From contig OZ245002.1 in NCBI GenBank assembly GCA_965223415.1, forward strand, positions 4,640,001 through 4,704,000: a stretch of DNA of 64,000 nucleotides, given 5' to 3'. Below the pieces are notes generated by a model. That model saw only the letters and a program-made list of their open reading frames with translations. It was not told where the DNA came from and did not search any database. This DNA comes from Myxococcota bacterium. GTDB taxonomy: Bacteria > Myxococcota_A > UBA9160 > UBA6930. Shown here in pieces: positions 33,847 through 42,773 of this stretch; positions within the stretch are counted from its first letter, which is position 1, and every line of letters starts with the position of its first letter. The translations under genes were made by a program, and so were the position numbers.

Positions 33847-34884
33847 CTAGCCGAGGGAGGCGCGACGGCGGAGCGAGTCCCGCCACGGCTCCACGCGCCG
33901 CCGGATCTTCCTCTCCAGCGACCGGTCGCCGGCCGTGGCCTCAGCCCAGGTGGCGCCCTGCGTTCGAGCCTGGAGCACCGCCAACTCGCGTCCGCGCAGG
34001 TCAGCAAGCGCCGCCACCTCGGCCACGAGCGCGTTCATGCTCGCCTCGTCCTGGGCGGCGTCTGCGATCAGGCCCAGCTCGCTGGCGTTCGCCTCGTCGG
34101 AGATGGAGAGGAAGGTCAGGGGCGGCTCGGCGGGCTCGGTCGCCTCGTCCCCCTCGGCGGGCTCGCCCTGCTCCTCCGCTGCGCGCCTACCGACGAGTGC
34201 GCGGTAGTCGTCGATCGCCTTCCGCACGGCTGCCTTCTCGACGTATTCGCGGGCCTCCGGCTGGTCCATCCCCGAGAAGATGTCGGAGCGTTCCTTCGAA
34301 GAGACACTCCACATCCCACGCAGCAAGGCGTCCCGGCCGTCGAGGTCGCCGTTCCTCGGGAACTGGAGGCGCCCGGCGATCCTGCTCGGCGTCGCTCCCA
34401 GCCCCGAGGCCGCGAAGTCGAGGGTGGCGCTCCCGGTCGGGTCCCCCTGGCAGAGCATCGTCGCGAGCTGGATCAGGTGGCTCTTGGAGATTCGCCAGTA
34501 CAGGGCGGCATCGAGCTGCATGCGGAACAGCTCGAAGGCCGCCTCCGCCGAATCCACAAGGGCTCGCCCCGTGGCCGGGTCAACGGACTTGACCAGACGC
34601 AGGAAGGCCGCCTTGAGGGTCTCGAAGAGGTCGCGGAACGAGTCGACGGCCTCGTCTAGCGCGTTCCACGCACCGAAGGCGGAGCCGACCTGGGGGCCAG
34701 CGGAGCGGCCCCAGGCGAGGGCATCCCGTGCGTGGTCGTGTGCCTCGAAGACGGCGGTGTGCGCCGCCGTGAGCCTTAGGCTCTCGGACCTGCACGCTGC
34801 CAGCGCAGCGAGAAAGTCCGCGAACGCACGCTCGGGTGCCCCGTCCCGGACGTCCCTCGACTCTCGGCTTTCGAGATCATCCAT
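33847..34884 (-). CDS. Hypothetical protein with a degenerate ECF-sigma-like C-terminal half
   Basis: YVEKAAVRKAIDDYR (region-2-like) and ALADLRGRELAVLQARTQGATWAEA (region-4-like). Confidence 0.5.
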   Translation of the reverse strand: MDDLESRESRDVRDGAPERAFADFLAALAACRSESLRLTAAHTAVFEAHDHARDALAWGRSAGPQVGSAFGAWNALDEAVDSFRDLFETLKAAFLRLVKSVDPATGRALVDSAEAAFELFRMQLDAALYWRISKSHLIQLATMLCQGDPTGSATLDFAASGLGATPSRIAGRLQFPRNGDLDGRDALLRGMWSVSSKERSDIFSGMDQPEAREYVEKAAVRKAIDDYRALVGRRAAEEQGEPAEGDEATEPAEPPLTFLSISDEANASELGLIADAAQDEASMNALVAEVAALADLRGRELAVLQARTQGATWAEATAGDRSLERKIRRRVEPWRDSLRRRASLG

Positions 34885-35107
34885 GCCGCCGCTCCCGCGA
34901 CGCTCCTTGGGGGCGCGGGCCAGGCGCGGGAGCAACGCGCGTTTCGGGTGCGACCGTAGGCACGCCACCCGAGACATAGCGGTTTCGGCCGCGGAAGAAA
35001 TCGAAAATGAATTCGAGAATTCCTTTGCTAGGCGAAACGGGAACCCCCGCGGGGGTCTTGCGCCTTCGCACTGCGAGGCCGGACATGAAGACCGCCGCCG
35101 CCGCTAG

Positions 35108-36377
35108 CAGGCTGCTGAAATTCGGCGCTGAGAGGCGCCAGAACGCCAGAGGGCGCGGGTCCCCGCGGCCCGCTCGGCTCGCTCTTCGATCCCGGAAGCG
35201 ATCCGGGGTACCTCGTCTCGATGCAGGTGCGTCATGTGACCTCTACGAGGTTGCGTATGCGGACCAGGTTGTAGACCGCCGCCGTGAAGACGAACATCCA
35301 CCCGACCCGATCCGTGCCCCGGTGACGCGTCTTTCGCATTCCCCCGACCGTCTTCATCCAACCGAAGCACTCCTCGATCCGCTTGCGTTTGTGCTGGCTG
35401 ATCGCGTAGCCCTCGTGACGGACCGTGCGACCGTCGATCCGGCTGGCCCGATTCGTCGTGTGCTGCGCCACGTGCGGCGTGATGTTGCGCTTCCGGCAGC
35501 CCGCCACGAACTCCTCGGTGTCGTAGCCCTTGTCCCCGCCCAGCGTGATCCGGCGCCTTCCCGCCACGTCCTCCGCCATCTCCAGCGCTGCCAGCCGCTC
35601 GGCGTAGCCATCGGCCTCCGTCAGCAGCGCCGAGACGATCAGGCCGTTGCGGTTCTCCGTCAGCAGATGGCCCATGTAGGCCAGCTGCGAGGTCTGGCCC
35701 TTCTTGCGCGCCAGCCGCGCCTCGGGATCCGTCGTCGATTCGTGCGTCGCGTTGCTCCGCCGCTCTCCCCGAAAGTTCACCGTCGGGTTGCCCGGATCGT
35801 CGTCTCCGTCGTCCCCCGAGCCGTCCTTCGCCCGGAAGCTCTTCTGGCTCGCCCACGCCTCGATCAGCGTGCCATCCACCGTGAAGTGCTCCGACGACAG
35901 AAGGCCGTGGTCCTTTCCCTGCGCCAGCACCGCCTCAAAGAACGCCTCCGCCACGTCCCCTTCCAGCAGCCGGTCCCGGTTCTTCGTGAAGACCGTCGGG
36001 ACCCAGACCGCATCCTCCATCCCCAGCCCTACGAACCAACGGAACAGCAGGTTGTACTCGAGCTGCTCCATCAGCTGGCGCTCACTCCGGATCGAGTAGA
36101 GCACCTGCAGCAACAGAGCCCGCAGCAGCCGCTCCGGTGGGATCGACGGCCGGCCCGTCGACGCGTAGAGCTCCGAGAACCGCCGAGACAGGCCCCTCAG
36201 CGCCTCGTCCACCATCGCCCGCATGGGGCGAAGCGGATGATCCTCCGGAATCCGCGTCTCCAGCGAGACGTAGCTGAACATCGAACCCTGCTCTCGGTCG
36301 CTGCCGCGCATCCTCTCTCCCCCCGACCCATCTTCTACCATCGAGAACACGGAAACGCAGGGTTTTTCAGCAGCCTG
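35108..36377 (-). mobile_element. IS5-family insertion sequence, copy A
   Basis: TIR CAGGCTGCTGAAA/TTTCAGCAGCCTG, flanked by CTAG on both sides (35104-35107, 36378-36381). Confidence 0.92.
35232..36311 (-). CDS. IS5-family DDE transposase
   Basis: IPEDHPLR, GRPSIPPE, NLLFRWFVG, VDGTLIEA, GDKGYD, RKRIEECFGW. Confidence 0.93.
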   Translation of the reverse strand: MRGSDREQGSMFSYVSLETRIPEDHPLRPMRAMVDEALRGLSRRFSELYASTGRPSIPPERLLRALLLQVLYSIRSERQLMEQLEYNLLFRWFVGLGMEDAVWVPTVFTKNRDRLLEGDVAEAFFEAVLAQGKDHGLLSSEHFTVDGTLIEAWASQKSFRAKDGSGDDGDDDPGNPTVNFRGERRSNATHESTTDPEARLARKKGQTSQLAYMGHLLTENRNGLIVSALLTEADGYAERLAALEMAEDVAGRRRITLGGDKGYDTEEFVAGCRKRNITPHVAQHTTNRASRIDGRTVRHEGYAISQHKRKRIEECFGWMKTVGGMRKTRHRGTDRVGWMFVFTAAVYNLVRIRNLVEVT

Positions 36378-37001
36378 CTAGGCGGTGCGGTTGGCGGCCT
36401 TGGCGATCTTCGCCGGCGCGCGCGCCCCGTATTGGCGCGCTAGACGGGCGACCGCCTGGAGGTGAAGCCGCGTGGCCACGTGCGCGCCGTATCCCGGCCT
36501 TTCGAGGTTGCGGTAGTGCTCGGACAGCGCGTCTTCGTCGGCCTCGCGGACAGCGGTGATCAGCCCGGACACCCTCGAATCCCAGGTCTGGGTGCTCCGG
36601 TAGGAGAGCGCTAGGCAGTGGCGGCAGCCGGCTCGCCTCCGGTGGCCGTTCACGAAGAGCCGTCGGGCCCGGCGCCCGCACCCAAGGGGACACTCCCAGT
36701 GCCAGCGGCGCGAGAAGCCGACGTCCACCTGGACGAGTGCGACTCGCAGCACGAAGAGGCCACCGGCGGCGGGGACGAGGGCGAGGCTGCCTTCGCGCCG
36801 GCCGCGGCCCAAGGGGCCCTCTAGGGCGAGGACAGCCCTGCTGCCGCAATCGGGGCCCCAGAGGCACTGGACGGTGCCCCGTACGGGGCCGTTCTCGAAG
36901 GAAGACGCCGAGGTTATTGCCCGCGCGTCGATCGCCATGGCTTCTTCAACCAGCGGCTTTTTCTCGTGTCTGGCCCAGCGGGTGCTGCCGATTCCCCCCA
37001 A
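36378..37001 (-). CDS. Uncharacterised Zn-ribbon protein (MGGxGS N-terminus, CPxxC...CRxC)
   Basis: TTG start giving MGGIGSTRW; WECPLGCGRRARRLF...CRHCLALSYRSTQ. Confidence 0.65.
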   Translation of the reverse strand: MGGIGSTRWARHEKKPLVEEAMAIDARAITSASSFENGPVRGTVQCLWGPDCGSRAVLALEGPLGRGRREGSLALVPAAGGLFVLRVALVQVDVGFSRRWHWECPLGCGRRARRLFVNGHRRRAGCRHCLALSYRSTQTWDSRVSGLITAVREADEDALSEHYRNLERPGYGAHVATRLHLQAVARLARQYGARAPAKIAKAANRTA

Positions 37002-37152
37002 GAGGCTGCTTCCTTTTTCCAAAATCTACACTTTGAAGGTAGGGAATTGATCGGGGTGTCGAAGGCCGCCAAGGAAGCCAACTCCAGCCGTGAGGAAACC
37101 TGGCGGCCTTCGTGCGAGGATGGATCTCCGCTAGGAGATCCGCGCACCAGGA

Positions 37153-38544
37153 GTGAAGGCAGTGATGGGCAAGTTCCCGACCTTGGTGCTCGCACTCGCA
37201 CTGGGGCCCACCGTAGTTGGGTGCGCGACGGTCCCCCGAGAAGCTGCCGACCTTCGGAAGTCCGCTCGCGAGGCGCTTGACCAGCCCCCGAGCGAGCCGA
37301 GATGCATCGTCGGCGTGGCGATGAATGCCGACCTGATCGTGATCCCGGGGCCGTCCGCCTACCAGGCCGGGATTCGCAAGGGTGATCGAATGCGGGGAAT
37401 GGAGGGGAGGCCCGCTCGAAACGCCGACGACTGGCACGCCCTTGCGCGTGCCAACTACGGCCGCGACAAGGTGACCATCACAGTAGAGCGCGACACCGAG
37501 GATCGGCGCGTGACTCTTCCTTGTCTTGACTCAGCCCAAGTGGACGAAGCGCATCGGCAAGTGTTGTTCGCCATCGCCAACGGGGAATGGCGAGAGTGTA
37601 TCTCGAAGATTCCAGAGCTGGAACGCTATCGAGGACGGGACGCCTTGACGATGCGGCTCCGCAACAATTGCAGCGACGTGCTTCGTCTGATACAGCGCCG
37701 CGCACCTACCCTGCAGGATGCCCATCTTGCCTATGAGGCCCGCCGTATACTCCTCGAAGAGGCGGTGCTAGGCGGGAATATCCCCAACGTCAAAGGCGAA
37801 GTCCTTCTCGCTATGCAATGGCTACGGTCGAGCGGGTATTCCCGTTTCGCTGAGGAGCTAGAAGCTCAGCTTGCCAAGGCAGAAGGCAATCGCCCAGAAA
37901 CCGGGCGCGAGCCGGGAGCCGCGGTTCGCCGAGTCTCTGCCGGATCCTGTTTCGCGACGAATGCCGGCCTAGTGGCGACCGCGTACCATGTGGTGGACCA
38001 GGCAAAGGAGGTTTCGGTTCACTTCTTTGGAGAGGCGCGCTCTCGTAGTGCACGAATCCGAGGATCCTCGAAGGCTACTGACGTTGCGGTCCTGGAGGTA
38101 GACGGCGGGCCCCTCCCCGGCACCTTGTCGTTGGTACCGCCCGGTGGCTCTCGTTCCGGGGTACGGATCTTCACGGTTGGCTATCCGGTGCCGGACTTGC
38201 TTGGAGAGGAACCGAAGTTCACCGAGGGTGTCATTAGTGGATTGTCCGGTCTTCGTGGAGATGCTGCGTTCATGCAGATCTCGGTTCCAGTACAACCTGG
38301 CAACTCGGGGGGGCCTGTAGTCCGTGAGGACGGCTTGGTGGTCGGAGTGGTCTCCTCGTCAGCGGCGATTCTTCCGTTCATCGAAGAAACGGGATCCCTA
38401 CCACAAGACGTCAACTGGGCCGCAAGGGCAGAATATCTCCGCCCGCTCCTTCCCGCATTCTCGTCAACGAAGGGACTGTCATCGCGCGACGAAGCGATCG
38501 AAGCGGCACGCCGGGCCGTGTGCGCAGTTGAGGCTATTCGTTGA
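37153..38544 (+). CDS. Lipoprotein with PDZ-like domain and trypsin-like (S1C) serine protease
   Basis: Lipobox VVGC; SAYQAGIRKGD PDZ-like; catalytic TAYHVV, TDVAVL, PGNSGGP. Confidence 0.85.
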   Translation: MKAVMGKFPTLVLALALGPTVVGCATVPREAADLRKSAREALDQPPSEPRCIVGVAMNADLIVIPGPSAYQAGIRKGDRMRGMEGRPARNADDWHALARANYGRDKVTITVERDTEDRRVTLPCLDSAQVDEAHRQVLFAIANGEWRECISKIPELERYRGRDALTMRLRNNCSDVLRLIQRRAPTLQDAHLAYEARRILLEEAVLGGNIPNVKGEVLLAMQWLRSSGYSRFAEELEAQLAKAEGNRPETGREPGAAVRRVSAGSCFATNAGLVATAYHVVDQAKEVSVHFFGEARSRSARIRGSSKATDVAVLEVDGGPLPGTLSLVPPGGSRSGVRIFTVGYPVPDLLGEEPKFTEGVISGLSGLRGDAAFMQISVPVQPGNSGGPVVREDGLVVGVVSSSAAILPFIEETGSLPQDVNWAARAEYLRPLLPAFSSTKGLSSRDEAIEAARRAVCAVEAIR

Positions 38545-39481
38545 GCCCGGGCTTCGACCCTTCAGCATCCGCCCCTTGCTCGCGCGGTCGTCGCAGGCCA
38601 AGCGAGACGGCTAGCAGCGAAGGCAGGGCAACTGCGAGCGCCGCCTCAGGCAGGTGGCGAAGTGCGATTGCGGGACGCAGGTAATGCTCTCGCGGGCGGC
38701 GATAGCCTTCGAAGTTCGCGAGATTGCCGATGTTGTTGCTGAGGTTCGCATGGACGGGTTTCAGCTTTTCTGCCGCATCCTCCAGCCACTTGTTGTAGTT
38801 GCGGTAGTTGTTGGAGATCCCGCTGGCCCGGATTTCCGCATCGCTAGACTGGAATAGCATCCCAAAGAGCAGCACGTAGGCGCCTGCAAGCGAGAGCCTT
38901 CGTGCCCCTCTGCTGCGAGGCTCTCGGACCGCATTCCAGCCGAGCCAACCCGCAATCAGGCCGAGGACCATCCACACCAAGTCTTCCGCTGGAGGAGAGG
39001 ACGCCCATCGAAGCCCGCCGACACGAGACCGTTGGAGGAACATCTGCGCCTCACGCAAGACCGCACGGGCGTCTTCGGTGATTGGACTGTCGACATCGTA
39101 GGCATATCGCTCGATGTGGGTATTCAGGACGAAGTCACTTGAATGAAAGGGGCTCATCAACCAAGAAGAGACGTAGAGGTCAGCGCCTCGGCAGAGACCG
39201 GCCAGGGCGATCGCCAAGACTACTGCGACATCAATCGGATAGTCGCTCCGCGTAGTCGCGAGTTCCCGTGTTTCGAGGACGAAGCGGTAGAGCAGGTAGG
39301 ACACTACGAGCACCAACGCCCCAGGCACCATATGTGGCCGTTCGAGGGCTGGGAGGACTCCGCCGACAGCTCCGCCAACCTTCGCGGGATCAACTCCAAT
39401 CCAGTCCCAGGCAATCAAGATCGACGCCCATAGCAGCAACTGCCTCCGAGACCGATCTCGCACATCGGATCTTGCCGCCAT
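38534..39481 (-). CDS. Hypothetical multi-pass membrane protein (island cargo)
   Basis: ORF from ATG 39481 with about six hydrophobic segments. Confidence 0.55.
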   Translation of the reverse strand: MAARSDVRDRSRRQLLLWASILIAWDWIGVDPAKVGGAVGGVLPALERPHMVPGALVLVVSYLLYRFVLETRELATTRSDYPIDVAVVLAIALAGLCRGADLYVSSWLMSPFHSSDFVLNTHIERYAYDVDSPITEDARAVLREAQMFLQRSRVGGLRWASSPPAEDLVWMVLGLIAGWLGWNAVREPRSRGARRLSLAGAYVLLFGMLFQSSDAEIRASGISNNYRNYNKWLEDAAEKLKPVHANLSNNIGNLANFEGYRRPREHYLRPAIALRHLPEAALAVALPSLLAVSLGLRRPREQGADAEGSKPGLNE

Positions 39482-39959
39482 AGTTGCTCCGACAGGGGCA
39501 GGTAAGAAGCTAGGTGTTCTGTCTCCTATGTGCCGTACATCTGGCGAAGGCCGTGGGTTCGCGAACCGCGGGTGCACGCCTTCGTCGTGACGAGCGGTAG
39601 CGGGCGTCGGAAGCAAGTCGCTCCGGGGGAGGAGGGGAAGCGCCCATGGGCAACCCCTGACGCGGCGAACGCTCGCCGCAATCCCCAAGATCCTCCATTT
39701 TTCGAGAGGTCCGAATGTCGAAGCCGAGGGGATGCCGTGTGGTGGGGCCCCGGGGGCCGATCGTGTTTCCGCCTGCTGCCGCCCCATGACGTGCGGGAGC
39801 CACCCGGGAGCCGTCGGCTCGTCGCGGGGGAGCGTGCGCCTCGCTGCTCGCTGCCGAATACTGCCGAATGCCGACGCGGCTGCCGCAGTCTGCCGCGATC
39901 CGCATTGGCTCGCAGAGCTGGAGACGCAAGCTCTCGCTAGTCCTCGTCCTCTTCTTCCG

Positions 39960-40006
39960 TTCCCAAGCCGAGGGTCGCGGGTTCGAGTCCCGTCTCGCGC
40001 TCCAGG
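39960..40006 (+). repeat. attR core (3' fragment of tRNA-Gly)
   Basis: Identical 47-bp copy of 29095-29141 without the tRNA 5' half. Confidence 0.95.
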
Positions 40007-40038
40007 GTTCACGAGCTGGCTCGCGCTCCCGCGCCGCC

Positions 40039-40909
40039 TCAGGCTCCGGGCCGAGGCGTCACCCGCTCCGGATGCCCCGACCACTGCCACGCCATGGTCG
40101 GACGCGACAGGCCGAGCATCATTCCGCCCAACGTGTCCGGGTGGAGGAACACGGTGTTCGCCTCCCCGCGGCGCCCTTCGGCCGGCGGCTCCGGGGTGTG
40201 TCCGGCGCCGAGCGATCGCGCGCGCTCTTCGATCCGCGGGAGGCAGGAGGACTCGGCGAAGGCCATGTAGAACGCTTCCCCGAAGCGGGAGAAGAAGCGT
40301 CCCATCGTCTTCGTGAGATCGTGGGGCGTGATGACCTCGAAGCGGCCGAGCTGGTCGGGGTCGAAGAGGGTGAGCGTCCCTGCGTAGCCGTAGTGCGCGG
40401 ACTCGATGGGCACGAAGGCACTGGCGTCGAGGGCGAACATCGAGGCGCAGGCGGCGGCGGCTCGGTCCGCGTCCGCGACCAGCAGAGTCGTCTCGTAGAA
40501 GAAGTCGACGTCCCCCAACGCGCTCGAGCGCTTCGTCGGGGCTCAACACGGTGCGAAAGCCCACCTGGCCCGAGGCCGCCGGGTCGATGAAGGCCTGGCC
40601 TCTCTCTTCAAGGCATTCGATTCCCTGGGCGCGCAAGTGGGCCACGAGGGCGGCGACGTCGTCGGTCGCCGCGCCCGCGGCGTAGAGCTGGGCGCCCCGC
40701 GAGGCCACGGCGTCCTGGATGGGCCCGGCGCCGTCGGGCTCGAGCAGCTCCAGGAAGCCGTTGCCGAGGCGCAGCCGGCTTCGACGCGCGCAGAGGGCCG
40801 CAACGCGATCCTCGCCCGCCGGCTCGGCGCCGAGCATCTCGATCCACCGCTTCGCCGCCGTGCCGCGATCGGGCACCGCCATCTGCAATCGGTCGACGCG
40901 CTTCAGCAA
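40039..40909 (-). pseudogene. Two-domain VOC/glyoxalase-like gene with a single-base frameshift
   Basis: N-part MLKRVDRLQMAVPD...LELLEP and C-part DFFYETTLLVAD...FEVITP lie in different frames, joined at the C5 run 40512-40516. Confidence 0.7.
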
Positions 40910-40961
40910 GGGGCCTCCGAGCGGATGCTACCCGCTCCGCGCTTCGGCCCCCACGCTCAGG

Positions 40962-41852
40962 TCACGGGCGATTCGGCGTCTGGTACTCCAAGCCGATGCG
41001 TCCGAGCCGGGTCTTGAACTCCCCGAGCACGGTGTCGGTGAGCACGTCTTCGAGCTCCTCCGGAGAGGCCTCGGCCAGGTTGACACCGTGGTACTCGGGC
41101 GCCTCGGCGTCCGGGTTCTCCGGCGCGACTTCGCGAACACGCTCCCGCTGGGCGACCACGCCGCCGTCGCGGAAGCGATCGGCGAAGGTCGCGAGCATGA
41201 AGTAGGACATGTCCTTTTGCATCTGCTGCACGTCCGCCTTCCGCTCCGGCTGCTCGCGGATCAGCGAGCCGATCCGGTTCTCCCCGAAGCCGACGTGACG
41301 GCGCTCGTCCGCGATCGTCCCCGCGAGGGTGTGCGCGAACTTCGGGTTGCCCTCCCGCATCGACGCGTGCAGCATCTCGAAGACGCTGAAGGCCATGCCC
41401 TCGAGCACGATGTTCTGGCCGACCACGCCCGCGACGAAGTCGCGCTTGTCGACCTTCTCGAGCAGGATCTCGGCGAACTGCACCAGGTTCGGGTTCGCGA
41501 GCTGGGTCACGACGTCGTCGAGCTCGCCCTTCTTCACCCCCAGGTCGAAGAGGCGCTGGGAGAAGACCTCGACGTGGCGGGCCTCGTCGAGGGTCTGGGT
41601 GGCGAGGAAGCGCTTGCTGGCTTCGTCGGGGGCCGCGTTGATCAGCCCGGAGGAGGCGGCGAGGGCGCAGCGTTCACCGGCGACGAGCTGCACGGTGAGC
41701 GAGATGGCTTGCTCGCGGAGCAGGGGGTCGCTCACGACGAGGTCCGGCTCGCGCTCGCCGGGCGGGTGTCCGAACTCCGTCTCGGCCAGGTATCCCTGGG
41801 GACAGGATTCGAGCCAGCGTTGGATGGAGTAACCCTCGAGAAAATCGGTCAT
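40962..41852 (-). CDS. Ferritin-like di-iron protein
   Basis: Paired E...DEARH and E...DERRH carboxylate-bridged di-iron motifs. Confidence 0.8.
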   Translation of the reverse strand: MTDFLEGYSIQRWLESCPQGYLAETEFGHPPGEREPDLVVSDPLLREQAISLTVQLVAGERCALAASSGLINAAPDEASKRFLATQTLDEARHVEVFSQRLFDLGVKKGELDDVVTQLANPNLVQFAEILLEKVDKRDFVAGVVGQNIVLEGMAFSVFEMLHASMREGNPKFAHTLAGTIADERRHVGFGENRIGSLIREQPERKADVQQMQKDMSYFMLATFADRFRDGGVVAQRERVREVAPENPDAEAPEYHGVNLAEASPEELEDVLTDTVLGEFKTRLGRIGLEYQTPNRP

Positions 41853-42174
41853 GGTGTTCGAGCCTCCGGGCGCCGGCCGGGGGCCCGACCGATCGGTCGG
41901 GTAGCACGCAAGACGGGTGCCAACCGATGCGGCGGCTCCGGCTCCCCAGGGCTCCGCCGCGAGGCCGGAAGTCCCAGCTCGCTGGGTGCGAGCGTCACGA
42001 CGCCCCATTGGGGCCGATACTTCCGCGACGACCTCCGCAGCCGCTTCTCGGCGGGCTCGATCTCTCGCACGGTGAGTCGCTCACCTCAGCCTGGGCGGCG
42101 ACCATCTGCGCTACTGGCTCGACGCCACGGGCCTCTGCTCCGGCCCCATCGGCCCGCGTGGCGGCTCTCGCCGC

Positions 42175-42669
42175 TCAGCGCGCCCGCTTGCGGGCCGCCT
42201 TCTTCCGCGTGGCCTTCTTCGTGGCCTTCTTGCGGGTGGTCTTCTTCCGCGCGGCCTTCTTCGTCGCCTTCTTCCGCGTGGTCTTCTTCCGCGCAGCCTT
42301 CTTCGTGGCCTTCTTGCGGGTGGCCTTCTTCGCCGTCTTGCGCGCGCTCTTCTTCCGCGCGGTCTTCCTCCTTGCCGTCTTCTTCCGCGTGCTCTTCTTC
42401 TTCCGCGTCGGGGTGCCGCGGATGGCGCGCTCGAGGCGCTTGTAGAGCTTCTCGGCGTCGGTTTCGAGCCGCTTGCGCCGCTTCTCGCCGTCCTTCACCA
42501 GCTTCTCGATCTGCTTCTCCATGTCCGCGAGCTGCTTGCGCACCTCGCGGACGCCTCGCCTGAGATTCGGAGGGAGCTCCTTCTCGAAGCGGGCTACGCC
42601 CTTGATGAACCAGTTGGAGCTGCGGGTGCTCGCGCTGCGAGCTCGCTTTGCCTTCGGGCGCGCTGCCAT
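42175..42669 (-). CDS. Basic protein with coiled coil and histone-H1-like KKA(T/A)R repeats
   Basis: C-terminal ~75 aa of Lys/Arg/Ala/Thr pentapeptide repeats; GGAGG RBS. Confidence 0.7.
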   Translation of the reverse strand: MAARPKAKRARSASTRSSNWFIKGVARFEKELPPNLRRGVREVRKQLADMEKQIEKLVKDGEKRRKRLETDAEKLYKRLERAIRGTPTRKKKSTRKKTARRKTARKKSARKTAKKATRKKATKKAARKKTTRKKATKKAARKKTTRKKATKKATRKKAARKRAR

Positions 42670-42773
42670 GGGTGCCTCCTTCGTCGCCAGCGATGAGCGA
42701 TCGGGATCAGCCTACCAGGCTTCGCAGGGCGGCGGGCCCCCGATTTGCCGGGGTGCGTAGGCGAAGGCCTGCG

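Larger units (their letters stand above)
29095..40006. mobile_element. Integrated element (satellite/IME-like island) in tRNA-Gly
   Basis: 47-bp direct repeats of the tRNA 3' half at both ends; integrase, excisionase-like and primase-helicase genes inside. Confidence 0.92.

Noticed and set aside
39500..39850. Structured ncRNA in the right arm of the island
   Set aside because: Only short GC hairpins expected by chance; no recognisable family
39960..40006. Second tRNA gene
   Set aside because: Only the 3' half is present; it is attR
38534..40909. Apparent 791-aa VOC-membrane fusion crossing attR
   Set aside because: Artefact of the VOC frameshift running through non-coding DNA into a separate island gene
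41995..42165. Possible sRNA from TCACG-N13-GCCGATA on the plus strand
   Set aside because: Spacing differs from the other sites, and the downstream hairpin is explained as the terminator of the histone-like gene
42190..42410. Possible CRISPR-like array
   Set aside because: 15-bp tandem coding repeats without spacers; no cas genes or repeat-spacer array anywhere in the window
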